Numbered from the whole stretch's first letter, positions 1 through 12,887 are shown. The stretch: 56,547 nucleotides of DNA, filler included, from Catajapyx aquilonaris (GCA_000934665.2; 2 parts of 2 records of this genome joined end to end with filler, not necessarily neighbours in it), one strand, 5' to 3'. Made by a program: numbers and translations. Notes: a model not told the origin generated them from the letters alone.

Positions 1-71
1 CCCCTCCTCTCCTTCGCCCATAGCAATCGCTTCCTCTTTTGGGCATGGGTGAGCAGCGGTTTTTTCTTGGC
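1..71 (-). pseudogene. Tc1 transposase exon 2 (start only)
   Basis: After acceptor ttactgtag (AG at 73-72) the frame reads AKKKPLLTHAQKRKRLLWAKERR, matching the Tc1 KKPLLT..RL.WA motif. Confidence 0.75.
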
Positions 72-134
72 CTACAGTAAAATAGCTACTACGGATGGGA
101 CACTATATCTATGCACGTGGCACCTTGTCCTCAT

Positions 135-485
135 CTTATAGAAATCCATCGCCAGTTCATGTAGCCGTCTCCTGCATGTGGATGTCGACCGTGGTTGCCC
201 GGTAACCCTTGCCCATTCCTGATTCACGTCGGCCGTGCTTTGTCGGCGGTCTTTCTTGACCAATCGGCGCAATGTTCTCAGCTCCCCGGGTGTCGTTGTC
301 CTAGGACGTCCGGTACGACGTCTTGGTAGCAAGCTCCCTGTCTGCGCATATCGCCGAAGCAGGTCCGAAACAGTTCTCTGTGGCAGTTGAAAAGACCGTG
401 CGATGTCACGGCCGGACCTTCCCGCGTTGTGGGCTGTCAGTATGGCTACTCGCAAGTCCTTTTGGAGAGGTCTTCCACGTACCAT
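135..485 (-). pseudogene. Tc1 transposase exon 1 (paired-like HTH, GRPR motif, second HTH)
   Basis: MVRGRPLQKDLRVAI...RDIARSFQLPQRTVSDLLRRYAQTGS...TGRPRTTT...STCRRRLHELAMDFYK, ATG at 485. Confidence 0.85.
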
Positions 486-1694
486 GGTCAAACCTTCCAG
501 CGCAGAGTTCGAGCATGAAATGATGCCTGCTATCTCGAAAGGAACTTGCCAGAGCATCGAGTCATTGTACCTGAGCGAATTCAATTGATGCAGCGCGCGC
601 TGTGAGCGAACACTTCTGACTCCCATCAAGCATTTTAAAACCTCTGTGACCTAGGTCATATGTGCGCTGGAGGAGGCATTTTTGTGCCATCGTGTGGGCA
701 AGATGCCACTCTATACGTAGGCGACCTTCATGACACCCTATTTATGCGCAATTAATTTATATTTCGTCATTTCCATATTCTCAACTGGGAAATATCAGGG
801 TGAGCGAAATATTCTGGGTTTGGGCAAGTAATACTTCAATCCATACTGGACACGATGCCATTCACCACGAGTCATGAACTGATTCTCTTGGTCACATAAA
901 AATCAGTCTCAATTGATTTTGACTGTCCCTTGTCTTTTCAACCTATTTTTACCTCTCCTGTAAAATTTATAAAATGGTTTATTCGCCCTTTCTCCTTATT
1001 GCCAACAACATATGGCCATGTGTTCCAGCCAGTGTAAATATTGGAAAACTCATCATCTGCCATTCAGAGCATCTATTGGACTTGCACCAGTGAGCATTTT
1101 ACAGGTCATGTGAGGTTTTACAAATACATTTTCAAGCTCTAATTTTTGGACCCATGGCCAATGCAGTAAAGCTTTCTAACTGTTTTATAGCCAAATAGAA
1201 TCAATATAGAGAAAGTTTTGAAGAAATATCTTACTGATTGCATACACACCTGGAACATTCCCTGAAAATAAAATGTCACCCAGTATTATTACTAGGTTAG
1301 GCCTACCTTGCTATGTAAAAATTTCATCATGCATGCCTGTAATCCTGACACCTCTTCCTTGTTTCCTAATCCTGCACTTCTTGAAGTGGGCAAGCCCATA
1401 CCACCTTTTCAGATGATGAACTTCCAGAATAGTATTGGTGTGTAATACAGTACCTGATCAACAAGTATTGTGAACCATCCTTAAGAACCTAGGTTTAATG
1501 CTGGCTTCAGCATTATTTTCAATAAATAGTGCAATAACAACAAAGCTGGTGAACATCCGGTGTTCTCATCAGCTGCTCTGGCAGCTTCACTGCCTTAATG
1601 TCATCCATACAGGTGGAGTCCCGCTCGTCACCATGTCTGCACTCAAGTAGAATAAGACATGCTCTGAGAAGTATCTCCTCTTGACACTACCTAT

Positions 1695-1800
1695 GCAGTG
1701 ATTGTCGTGGAAGATCACCTCATAACCATCGATGACCTTGCCAGAATGTGTGGTACATCCAGTGGTAGTGCCCACACGATTTTGCATTGACCAGTTGCAA
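1695..1800 (+). pseudogene. mariner transposase fragment
   Basis: Translates to VIVVEDHLITIDDLARMCGTSSGSAHTILH*, resembling the mariner HTH pattern EDRRITI.ELA..GIS.GS.H.ILH. Confidence 0.55.
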
Positions 1801-3315
1801 GTCCACATTACCAGCATGAAATGCTATTAACTACTTGCCTAAAATGAAGTGGGTGTGGTTCTGTAGAATTGCTGCATTTGGATGGTGCACTCCACGTATC
1901 AGCAAGTAGGTAGCCCTATTAAGATCGTGGCCACATACTACTAGATAAGTTAGATGATGGCTGCCCTTATTGAAGTTGGAAGTTTGGTAAGTTGGGAGGG
2001 AAAATAACCCTCTTGGCAGTTATGCTTAGGATTTGACTAAGACTTGTTATGGATGAGTATACAGTACCTGTTTTTATTATTTGCTGTATAAAATGAATTA
2101 GAAAAATACAATTTAATGTTAATGGTATGATGGTGGTAGTTCTGCATCAACCTTGAGGCCCTACTAAAAAGATTGTGAAACTTATGCCTGTAAATCGAAC
2201 CAGGACTAAGAATAGGTTTCATCTCAATAGCATTAACATGACTGGCCTATGACTTTTCTTTCACCACCTTCAAAGTGATGGAGTCAAAAATAGGTATACA
2301 AGCAAGGTGTCTCCCATTTCTTTTCTTTTTTTTTGTTGGTTTGTTGCTTTCTTGCTTTGTGACATTTTCATGGAAATAACCTGTGCTAGAGAGGAGTGAC
2401 AATCCATGAGCCTTGCTTGCTGGTGCAAACAAGCAAATGGTAAGTGTAGGGTTGATGAGTGCCGAAGCACCCAGCAATACCAAAGTGTTATGACTTATGA
2501 GGATTGGATATAATAAGTATGCCTGGTGGGCTTCTATTATTAGTAGCCCATTCTTATTTACCACAAAGCTGCCAAAGACTGTCAGGATACAGTACTACAG
2601 GTGATGGTGAACTTCAAACTTTGGCCAATAGGGGGAGAGATGTGAGTGGGCATCATAATTATGTTAAACTATAGTGCAAGGATCTCTTGTCAGTGCTTTG
2701 GGGTCATGCCAAAGTACTCTATAAATCAAGAAATATGTTTCCATTCTTCCAACATACATTCCTTGTATTCCTAGGAATATGAATTGTTATTTCAAATGAT
2801 AATATTAAGGGATAATGAACCTCACTATTTCAACAGCTTCCTTTGGATGAGGAAAGCGATAACCTCAATAAATACAACCATGTGGCCTGATCCTTTATTA
2901 TTGATTTACAACCATTCCAATGAAATCTCAATGCCGTTTGCCAGTGGATCATCTGTTAATGGAAGGTCCATGTCATTCACAGCCAGCACCTAGAGAATTA
3001 AGTAATCGAGGTAAACAGGGATGCAACAGTGTGAGTCACTCCCCAGATGTACTGTAAACTTACCGATGCAGACTTGGTTGGTCCACCCTTTATTTGATCT
3101 TAACTTTTGACAGGTCAAATGGTCAATCAAGAACTTATCCACACATCAAGCAAGCAAGGTCTGCTAGAGGTCCTCCCTGGGCTAAGGATGCAAGCCATCG
3201 ACAAATGCTCTTATGTAATTAATACAACCACTCTCCTCTGGAGTTGGGAATAAGTTGCAGCTTGTGGTAGGGGAGTCGTAATCTAGACCTTGCTGAGGTT
3301 CACCAGAATAGAAAG

Positions 3316-3566
3316 GAGGGGTGTGGTGGAAAAAGGTGATAACCCACAAAGGTGCAATTTTTCAGGAGAGCGAATTTAAATTTGCGTTCTCTTAACAAAT
3401 CATATAGGGAATACGTTTTGATCTAGTCCATGTGGCCGTCTCATGCATGATACGTGAACTTGGAGTAGTATACCAAACTGTTTGTCATGTCTTTTACATA
3501 ATTGCTGGGTGTTTAGGTCAAAAATGACAAAAATGAGGGTTATCACATTTTCCCACCACATCCCTC
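3316..3566. mobile_element. MITE with about 30-bp TIRs (GAG...CTC termini)
   Basis: gaggggtgtggtggaaaaaggtgataaccc ... gggttatcacattttcccaccacatccctc. Confidence 0.7.
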
Positions 3567-3583
3567 AAATGGTACACCAGTCA

Positions 3584-4587
3584 TAGTCGAGTCAATTGGT
3601 GTTCAAACCTACCGGTTTCGTAACAAAATTGCGGAAGTTTTTTTCTCAATGGTTCTATGTTTTTTGGGGTGCTGAATCCGAATTTCAAGTTTGCTGCCTT
3701 GTAGGAGGTCGGCTTCACAACGGAAAACGTAAAAAACCGCAAAATTTTCGCCCTTTTTTCAGTTTTTCGCTCATCTCTCGAAGACTATGGGTTTTTCGAA
3801 GATGACCACTCTATACAAAATTAAAGTAGACAAAGTTTCCTACAAAATGCACTAGTCAACTTAGATTTTATGACGAGCGGATTCGGCTCTAGAGCGCGCT
3901 GAAAAAGAGCCATTTTTTGGCCCTACTGCGAAAACGTCAAAAACGCCCACTCCCACCGGTCTATCTCTCATCGGCGCTATACTTTCGATGTATTAAGCTT
4001 AAAAGAGGCTGTTTTGAATTAATAGATGGCAAAGCATGTTTGATGAAAACATTAACAAATTATATTTACAACATGTTAGGTACATGACACTGAATATAAA
4101 GCTGATGAAATCTGTATGTAGTAATGTACGTACATGTGTCATGAAATGAGTGAAAGTCGAGCCCAGGATTGGGTCATCACTTCCAGTAGGTTATTCTCCA
4201 TCTGGAAAAGAAAGAAGGCATTTAGTGTTACGACATGGTTATAACATAAGTTGCATAGTGAAGTATCGATGTATGAAGAAATACCTGATGTCATGTGCGC
4301 AGTTATTTTAGTCGTCTCCGTTTGGTTGTTGGTGGCCCAGGCAATGTTTCTTGGGCACTAGACCCTTCACCTGGACCTTCGAGTCATCTTCGAAAAACCC
4401 ATAGTCTTCGAGAGATGAGCGAAAAACTGAAAAAAGTGCGGTTTTTTACGTTTTCCGTTGTGAAGCCGACCTCTTACAAGGCAGCAAACTTGACATCAGG
4501 ATTCAGCACCCCAAAAAACATATAGAACCATTGAGAAAAAAACCCTCCGCAATTTTCTTACAGGAAAACCACCATTTGACTGGACTA
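3584..4587. mobile_element. Non-autonomous DNA transposon with about 200-220-bp TIRs (TAG...CTA termini, possibly Academ-like)
   Basis: 3584-3806 is the imperfect reverse complement of 4382-4587. No clear TSD. Confidence 0.75.
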
Positions 4588-5039
4588 AATTGGTTCTTGT
4601 TAATGAACGTCGAAAATACACATTAATATTAAAACATTCGTACATTTAAATTTGAAGGTCACAAGCCGAAGAGGACGCCCCTCGAGGCGCCGCCGGCTCT
4701 GATGGCCAGGGTGGCGAGCAACAATGCTCTTTTGATTGTTTATGGCGGGGTGGTCATTTGACCGCCCCTATCCTACAAAAATTACCTATTGAGATATACA
4801 TATGCGGAAAAATCTGAAATACATACCTAAAGGGGACCTTGCCTAGAAGGCAAGGTCAAGCCAGAACGGAACAGGGTTGGGTTTGATAGGACCCTGTCAT
4901 TTAATGCCTCATTAAACACGCGACTTAGTAATTAACTAGTAGTCAGGAAGCTGTGAATAAACATTTTGGTGAAAAATTGCACCACAATTAATGACGAATG
5001 TCAAGATTTAATTGCATTTATGCGGCAAAATGAGGCAAT

Positions 5040-5333
5040 ATATGTGGCGCCATCTCTGGGTGGAATGAACTTCAAGTTGTTTGGATAGCGTGCTGCATGG
5101 GAGCGCTGCAGCTTGAGCCTCCAGCTACCTAAAAACAAAGAGCGAGTCTTCCGATAGGTCCGCTGCTAGGTCCGATTGGAACTTTCCGTTGGGAGCTCTC
5201 TGGGAGATGCCTCATCTGGACATATTCGCGCTCGGGAAGGATTAGGTTTGTTCTGACGATTTGGGAGGTGGCTTTTCCCGGGAGCTCTTGTCCATGACCG
5301 ACGTTCCATGTGGTGATTAGGCCTCAGGTGAGT
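5040..5333 (+). promoter_or_regulatory. Putative promoter and non-coding first exon of the ZAD-ZNF gene
   Basis: Locally CpG-richer stretch ending in a consensus donor CAG|GTGAGT (5327/5328). The coding ATG at 6594 lies 3 nt after an acceptor (ttttag|, 6590), which implies an upstream exon. Confidence 0.4.
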
Positions 5334-6044
5334 CCCACTGGAATTGGGAGCATTGACTGTTTCGCGCCAACACAGTTTTCGTCCAGTCTCCGCTGTCTTT
5401 CCCTGGGCCATGGTATTGTCCATTCCACTATTTATATAGGTCGGGTTCACACTTTCCCAAGCCAGGTAGTGTACGTACCATCAGGCTAATGTATTCATGG
5501 AATAATGGGTATCATTTCTGTTCTCACGTTCTTACTATTATGGGCACATGTTTGGATCATTGTCTGGGATGAAACAAAACTATTTGCTAATATGCTACCT
5601 CATACACCAGAGCACATGCAAGATTCATAGATTCAGGTACACATCATTGCTGTTAACTGTTGGTACATTGTTTGTTGCCAACAATTAATAGTCCACACCT
5701 GAACCTGAATCTAGAGCTGGTGCAACCAGCCTTTTTACTCCCCAACCCGTCTCTTCTTTTCTTCCGATGTGTACAATCATCCCTGCCCTGTTTCACATCC
5801 CTTGACCTCAACCCTCAGGACGTGTAAATAAGTCAATAAACAATAACCATGTCTGCAACAGTTTATAAACAGGCAGGTGTAGGGTCCTGATATACAGTAT
5901 AGGTATCATTGTAGATAGGGTCAACTCTAGGTTGATCCTGATGGTATGACTTTGATGACCCCTCAGGTTATTTCCTCTTTTTATTTTATTCTGCATTTCC
6001 TCCTTTCTTTATTTGTTTCTGGTCTTGGTGATTATCAACAGTCT

Positions 6045-6106
6045 TCTACATGGGAACTGCAGATGATCAGAGATCAGTTACTGATCATCTGCAGTTCCCA
6101 TGTAGA
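6045..6106. repeat. Perfect 26-bp inverted repeat with a 10-nt loop
   Basis: tctacatgggaactgcagatgatcag-agatcagtta-ctgatcatctgcagttcccatgtaga. Confidence 0.9.
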
Positions 6107-6153
6107 GTATGGGCAAGCAACTATTCGCCCAAAAGTAGAACACAGGAACTAAT

Positions 6154-6268
6154 ATTGAAGGGCTCTCTGCAATAACCAGGTATGTGGACTTATCTGTTTT
6201 ATCGGCTTTTCGCTTTAAAACTCTGGAAAAAAGTGCCTATACCTGGTTATTGCAGAGAGCCCTTCAAT
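6154..6268. mobile_element. Small MITE with 30-bp TIRs (TGAAGGG...CCCTTCA)
   Basis: attgaagggctctctgcaataaccaggtat ... atacctggttattgcagagagcccttcaat. Same terminal motif as 29650-29728. Confidence 0.7.
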
Positions 6269-6593
6269 TATTATCAGGTCACATTCCCAGTAATAATCGC
6301 CTAAAATAAAAGTGATTTGAGTTGTTTAAGTGACCAAGACCTTATAGGGTAGGCCTACCTGTTTTTATACTTTGCAACCTTATTGCTGATATCTTGAGAG
6401 TAAAATAATTGGTTTTATGAGTAGTGAAAAATATTCCTAATGAATGGGACACAGAGTGGCCTACCAGCCGATCTGATTTCTGCAAAAAAAATAAAAAAAT
6501 AAAAAAATAAAAAAAATAAAGTATGGTACCCTAAATCATAATATGTAGGTGTTATGGAAATTATAATTAATGCAATCTCACCATTTTTAGGCC

Positions 6594-7550
6594 ATGCAAG
6601 TGGGCACGATGGAGGCAGGTAGCAAGCCTACTAATTTCACCGCAGACTTGACTCTTACTTCTGGTGATTATGGTGCCACTCCTGGTAAATCGGCTCCACG
6701 TGGCTCACGTCCTAAGCATATGAGCAACTGCATCATTTGTGCTCGTAAGACTCCTCACATCATACAACAATGCTGCAACATATTTGATGAAAATTCCCTT
6801 ACAACAGCCTCCCACTCACCTGTGTCACAGAAACTTGAGGCTATTTTGGGAGTTGCTCTAAGTAAGTCCAATGCACGATCACATATGGTATGTAAGAACT
6901 GCTTTAAGCAGCTCAATAAAGTAGACAGACTTGAGGTAACCTTGAAGACCGTGAAGGATGAGATGCGAAGCAAATACGAAAGTGAGACATTTTGGAAGAA
7001 GTTGGAAAGTGAAAACATTGACTGTGAGCAAGATTCCCTTGAGGAAAATATGCATCATCACTTGATTGAAGATCTGCCCGAGCTTCAGCAGACTGAAGGA
7101 AAGCTGCCTGAGTCCTGTAGGCGACCATCAAGGAACGACTCATCTGACTGTGAAGAAGAGGTTGAGACTAGTGAGTGTGAAGGCTGCGTGGATGGGCATG
7201 TGAAGGAGGATAGTGAATTTGATTTTGATGAAGAAGGTGAGGATGAGGAGGAAGATGAGGAGGGAGAACATGGTGATGATTCAAGCAATGGTAGAAGTAA
7301 TTCGGTTGTTACCATTGACCCTGCTCCTGCTGAAAGAAAAGGCAGGCTGAAGTGCCAGAAGTGTCCTCATTCCTTCGTGTGGTCTAAGCTGTTGTCAGAC
7401 CACATGAGTATGGCTCACAACATTGAAATGTATTCATGTGAAGTCTGCCTTGCTGAGTTTGACAAAAGCTCTTTGTTGATGTCACACTTGGAAGAACATG
7501 CTGCCAAGGAAGATCGTTTCATATGTTGTCCCTGTGACAGAAGTTTTCAG
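6594..7550 (+). CDS. ZAD-C2H2 zinc-finger protein, coding exon 1 (ZAD domain, acidic linker, fingers 1-2 and half of finger 3)
   Basis: CIIC...VCKNCFKQLNKVDRL (zf-AD pattern), Glu/Asp-rich linker, C2H2 motifs. Donor CAG|GTCAGT at 7550/7551, phase 0. Confidence 0.9.
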
Positions 7551-9130
7551 GTCAGTCAGTCATTACTCATTATACCTTGAGTCAATCTCAGACCTGTATA
7601 ATCTGTTCAGCTCTTGCAATTACATTTTAGATGGTGTGGGGAGTCATTATTTGCTCATTGTGATATCAGTAAGACTATTCTAATGCTAATTTCATTATTG
7701 CTTACATGTTATCTGCTATTGGTGACCAGCACATTCTGAAGGTATGCCATAGCATTATACTTTTTGGCTGGCAGCACCACCTAACATGGCAGATCTCACT
7801 TCTCATATCAGGGCTCCCTACAGTTAGCTTGGTCAGCTAGAATTTTCACAAGTACAATATCAAGTGGCACAAACTACATATTTTGAAACTTCATTACAAC
7901 TGTTCATACTCCTCACAGGATGTTAGACTATTTTATAAGGTTGAATTATTGCATCACAGACTTGTTAAATACTGTATATTGGAAGTGTGTAAATGGCCAA
8001 AATGTCACTTCCTATAACAAGGTCAGAATCAGAACCGGCGGCAATTCGTCATTATTGCATTTATAGTTGAATCGTGATAAACTAATTCCAAGCATTCGCT
8101 ACTACCATAAGTATAAATTGCATAATATGCACAAAGCTTTTTTTTTAAACTTTATTTTCATTCTGCATAACTGTTGCATAAAAATGTAAATCAGCTGCGT
8201 GTGATCCTTTGTTCTTAAATTCTCATATGAAATAACTTCTGCCACTCTAGCTTGATCATTTTGGATGAATGAGTTGAATTCATATCAACCTTGAGAGATC
8301 AATTCAGAATTATGCGTGAAAAAATATGTCAGTTATAATGTTATGGCAAAGACTGCTCTCTCCCAGCTGCCTTATGTAATATTTAGCTTCAGATTTTCTC
8401 TCCAGAATGTTCTATGGCTCTTTCATGAGTAAATATGAGCAGTTATATATTGCTGGCCAACAGCTACTCATTTTTTTGTAAATTTTGCACACACTGGTAT
8501 CATTTTCACCATTGTTGGTGACCATCTCCTATAGAACCATCATCTCTGTTAATGCATGTTGCCTGTTCAATATGACAAATACTCACCCTGAACCTTAGTG
8601 TGATTGGATAGTACATTAACATTAATAGGGTTAACAGTGCTCACTGCTTATGAGGTACTGCACAGGCCATCTTTATGGTCGTGACATGCATACATTGGTT
8701 GATTTTGGGGAAGGGGAGATATGTATAATGAATCATTTTGAAGTTGTTGGGGACCACCAGACGTATTATTTTGGCTTTGGGTAAGGTTTTGGTAGAAAAG
8801 TCCAAAGAGACCCACACCAATACCCTTGACCCCCAGAGTGAGGGACTCCATAAAATAGGAGGTGGACTGGTGGGCTGATGCCCTCTTTCTCACTATCCTT
8901 TGCCTGATCAGGTCCTTCCTTCCTTTCTTCTTTCCTTCTCACTGTATTTTATCATATGTAATATACTAGTTGTTATTAGCCAAACCATGGCACTTTATTC
9001 CCCCTGCCTCCTAACGTACCGTTACACACCCCACAAGCCAGTGTAATGTCATTGTTGTCATCGATCTGAAAATTGGTGTAACTTGTTTGAAATCTTTGTA
9101 CAAATAATAAATGCCTTTTCTTTTTCTCAG

Positions 9131-10123
9131 GACCTACACAAGTACCAAGACCACGCAAAAAGGCACTGGTATCGTAGATATGGCTGTTCTCGTTGTGGAC
9201 GCAAATTCTACAATCGTAGGATGCTTCAGGAACATGAAAATGCACATGATAGTGTTCGCCCTTACCAGTGCCCCAATTGCCCTAAGGCATATTCCATTCG
9301 TACCTGCTGGAAGGCTCACCTCAAAATCCATCAGGTTGATGTTGAACCCTCTAATTGCCAGTCCTGTGGTAAGGCTTTTTTGAATGTTCACCTTCTGAAA
9401 CAACACCGGAGAACACATGCCTATGACCGTAATTATGTGGTGTGCGAGCAGTGTGGACAAGCTTTTACCGCACCATATACGTTGGAAGTTCACTGCCAGT
9501 CTGTACATTGTGACAAACGTCGATTCCTGTGTGATGCTTGTGGAAAGACTTTTAACCGCAAAGACTACTATGACGCTCATTTGCGAACGCACAGCGGTGA
9601 GCGACCATTCCAATGTGAACTGTGTGGTTCCAGATTCTCACAGCTACCCAACCTGAAATCACACAAGCGTGCCGTTCACTACAATGACCGGCGCTATCAT
9701 TGTGAGACTTGCAACATTGGTTTCAATCGGCAGCGCTTGCTTGAGCACCACAACAATAGGGTCCATACTGGAGAACGACCATACAAGTGTGACCAATGTG
9801 ACAGTAAATTCATGAGCGCAAATGTCTTAAGTCATCATCTTAAGAGTCATACCGGGGAAAAGCCTCATAAGTGTGAGATCTGTGGGAAAACATTTATTGC
9901 CCGTTCTAATCGCAACAATCATAGGTTCACCCACTCAGACACAAAGCTCTATGAATGCAAAGGGTGTGGAAAGAGCTACATGAGCAAGACACAGATCCTC
10001 AACCATATGCGCAACCAGGGACACTCTCAGGACATCATTGTTGTGAACCAGCTGCAGATCCCCCATCATCATGTTGAAGGTGCTGCACCACCAAAATTAA
10101 GAATCAAGAAGTATGATGTGGAG
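9131..10123 (+). CDS. ZAD-C2H2 zinc-finger protein, coding exon 2 (rest of finger 3 plus ten C2H2 fingers)
   Basis: Acceptor ttttctcag|GAC. Splicing completes finger CCPCDRSFQ|DLHKYQDHAKRH. Linkers SGERP, TGERP, TGEKP. Donor GAG|GTAAGA at 10123/10124. Confidence 0.93.
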
Positions 10124-10321
10124 GTAAGAGTATCATTCTCTCTCCCTCTCTTTCCCCCGTCTTCCTTCCTGCCTCCATCACCTTCCCTCAGTCTCCCCCT
10201 CTGAAGTACAGTATGCCTGGCCATGGTCTGTGCTGTTTAACACATAGAAAATAATAGAAATACTGTACTGTACGTAGATTTTGTGCTGCCCAGTAGTGCA
10301 AAACGAGCTAACAATGGGAGT

Positions 10322-10772
10322 TAACAAGTGCTGGAAATATTGTGAACAGGAACATTCCAATATAAGACTGGCAAATCATGGGAGCGTGATTCGAGTAGAC
10401 TTTTTCTCATTGGGCAGCAGGAAATGAGGTTGACAACTTCATTGAATACGATATGATACGATGCGATTCTAATTATTGGACAACAACAACAGAGAGTATT
10501 TGCCAGCCTCATTTTCCGTTGCCAAGGAACCCAAAGAAACTAATTTATACGGTTTGACCTTGGTGGATAGCATGAACCAGGGAAACTGGAAGTAGCCCGT
10601 CACCAGAAGTTGACCATGAAACCTATTTAGGGACTGAATCCGAATCCGAAAACCGTTTGTCGCTATCCCTTGCGGTTTAGGCTCTGATACATGCCCACAG
10701 ACAGCCGGACGGACGGACAGACAGACAGCGCCGCTCTATAAGACTTTTTTGCGATGAGAAAAAGTATTTAAA
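10322..10772 (+). mobile_element. DINE-1/Helentron-associated-like non-autonomous element (boundaries approximate)
   Basis: TAACAAG-type start, GGAC/AGAC microsatellite at 10698-10728, and a 3' hairpin (actttttt...aaaaagt) before an A/T run. Confidence 0.45.
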
Positions 10773-10964
10773 ATAACAATCACAAATATTCACAGCATTT
10801 GCCCATGTTGAGGTAGCCAGCGATGACCAACTGTACATGCACTGTACATCTGGCCATCTGTAGGCTGTAGGCTACTCTACAATGAACTTAATGACAAATG
10901 GTCAGCCCATGCAGAGGATGTGGTGATGATATAAGATGACATGATAACGTAAACACGATAATAA

Positions 10965-11140
10965 TCTCTCTTATTATTATAAAAGGCTGTGTATTTGTTT
11001 GTTTTCATGGCATCAGGATACTAGGGTATCAACACGAGGTGGTGCTTTGTTGTTGTTGCTTTGGCTCGGTTGTACAAACTTCCACCATTCATTTAGTTAA
11101 TTCATCAGTTCCCGTGCGAAGAACGGGTGGGCTGCTCCAG
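10965..11140 (+). mobile_element. Small non-autonomous Helitron
   Basis: A|TC 5' end, subterminal hairpin cccgt-gcgaaga-acggg (11111-11127), and CCAG|T 3' end (variant of CTAG). Confidence 0.6.
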
Positions 11141-11482
11141 TACCAGTATTCCACTATAGCCTACATGTTCCACCTAACATCTTGACCAGAAAGGGGCCCC
11201 AGTGATGTAGCCATATTTATGTAGAGAAATCTGGGGGAAAAGGAAAAAGGGACCACCTGGAGAAGTTGAAGAAGAGAAGAAGAAAACAGCTCAGTGGCTA
11301 CATTCACCCCCTTTCATTACTATGCCTTCCTATTGGCAATGTTGCAGTATGGGTTGCATAACAAATGACTCTCTCTTATTGCTACTTACTCATATTTCTA
11401 GTCAGGTCCCTACAGTGTGGCCGACTGATAGGAAGGTCACAGATTCATGCATGCCCGATACCAATTATTCTGAATGCATATA

Positions 11483-11821
11483 TGAGGGTGGTTCAGTAAA
11501 TAACCTTAAACGTTGATTTACAAATTTGTGTACTACACATTATGTGAACTTTTCTTGCTTTAGGTGGTATGGCCTTTTGTGTAGTAGGTATGGAGTGTTT
11601 CAGATCCACTACGTGCCCCAAACCCAACTGCTCTTCTCTGGTGCACACCTCCAGCTGTCACATTACTACCTGGTGTCACTTGGTGGATCTGAAACATACC
11701 TACTCCATACCTCCATACCTACTACACAAATTGCTGTACCATCTAAAGCAAGAATAGTTCACATAATGTATAGTACAAATTTGTAAATCAACTTTTAAGG
11801 TTATTTACTGAACCGCCCTCG
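11483..11821. mobile_element. mariner-type MITE, TA TSD
   Basis: ta|tgagggtggttcagtaaataaccttaaa ... tttaaggttatttactgaaccgccctcg|ta. Confidence 0.8.
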
Positions 11822-11908
11822 TAGTTTAGTACTCTTAATGTATATTAGTTTTCAATTCAATATGGGCATGAAATTGTGACCCATTTCTCAGGAATGAAAT
11901 GAGCTAGT

Positions 11909-12211
11909 AACCGAAGCAGGTTGGCATAGTGGATAAGGCGTCCGACTGCTAATCGGGAGGTCCTGGGTTCGAATCCCGGGGCCGGCAACTCTGACCGTGG
12001 TTTTCTGTGGTTTCCCACGGTCCTTCCAGGAAAATTCCGGAGTTGCTTCCGTAATTTACAGGCCACAGCCGCTTCCTTCCGTCCCTATCCCATCCCAAAA
12101 AGTGCAGTAAAATGAAAGCAAAGAGTTCCAGGCAAAAGAAAACTTCCCCCCTAAAGAGCCGAAAAAGGCTGATAACGGGGTATGAATTATTATTATTATT
12201 ATTATTATTAT
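11909..12211 (+). mobile_element. tRNA-derived SINE, family A, full length, tail 1
   Basis: A box tggcatagtgg, B box ggttcgaatcc, gactGCTaatc anticodon-like arm (tRNA-Ser-like), (ATT)n tail, 12-bp TSD aaatgagctagt (11897-11908 and 12212-12223). Confidence 0.92.
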
Positions 12212-12625
12212 AAATGAGCTAGTGCAGCAATAAACGTGTTTGGGACAACTTGTCAGCTTTTACTGAGCCATTCAGAAACATCTCACATTTCAATCTTATT
12301 CATATCGCACTACATCAAAGTGTGGGGACACCCTGATACTAGTACAGTAACTGACACTTGATTGTGAGGGACAAATTCAGAATGAAGAGTGACTATATGG
12401 AGATGAACAAAAATACGTACAACCATCACACTTTTTGAAGGTGCCTTTATTTTATTTTAATCATAGGCATAAAGGGGCATAAAGGCTGCTGTGCAACTAC
12501 TGGAATAACCATGCAAAAATAAAATTCATGTTATAACTTGCCATGATTTTTATTGGATTAAAATTTTTAAAGCCATGTAAATGGATATCTTGAGAAACTT
12601 TTGCTTGAGTCCCCCACTGTTTTAA

Positions 12626-12887
12626 CACTTAACTAGTGACCTGGAAAATCGTAACACTCACGGTGACCCCAGGGGATTTTAAATATAAATTACCTTTAAT
12701 GATAAATATTTGCTTTTTAATTCTTTTACACAACACCTGCAGCTGTTTTCTACAATTTGGTTTAATTTTCAACTCTCTAGCTGCCGTAGAACGGAATTTA
12801 AAAAATCATATACCTAACCATGCAATATTTTCATAGCAAAAAAATTGCACCTGGGGTCTTTTAAGACCCCAGGTCACCAGTTAAGGG
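12626..12887. mobile_element. piggyBac-type MITE, TTAA TSD
   Basis: ttaa|cacttaactagtgacctgg ... ccaggtcaccagttaaggg|ttaa. Confidence 0.75.

Larger units (their letters stand above)
1..828 (-). mobile_element. Tc1-family DNA transposon, 5' part (runs off the window start), with IR/DR-type terminus
   Basis: Transposase N-terminus on the minus strand. Probable end next to TA at 829-830. Outer motif tgagcgaaatattctggg (801-818) resembles inner motif tgagcgaacacttctgac (603-620). Confidence 0.8.

Noticed and set aside
4834..4858. Hairpin gaccttgcct-aga-aggcaaggtc resembling a terminator
   Set aside because: Eukaryotic DNA with no U-tract; more likely the end of a repeat element.
11909..11990. 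tRNA-Ser(GCT)-like sequence (also near 25040-25119, 27210 and 55590; a different tRNA-like head near 17180-17258)
   Set aside because: These are SINE heads: they continue into a shared body and tail, several have TSDs, and they lack a full cloverleaf.
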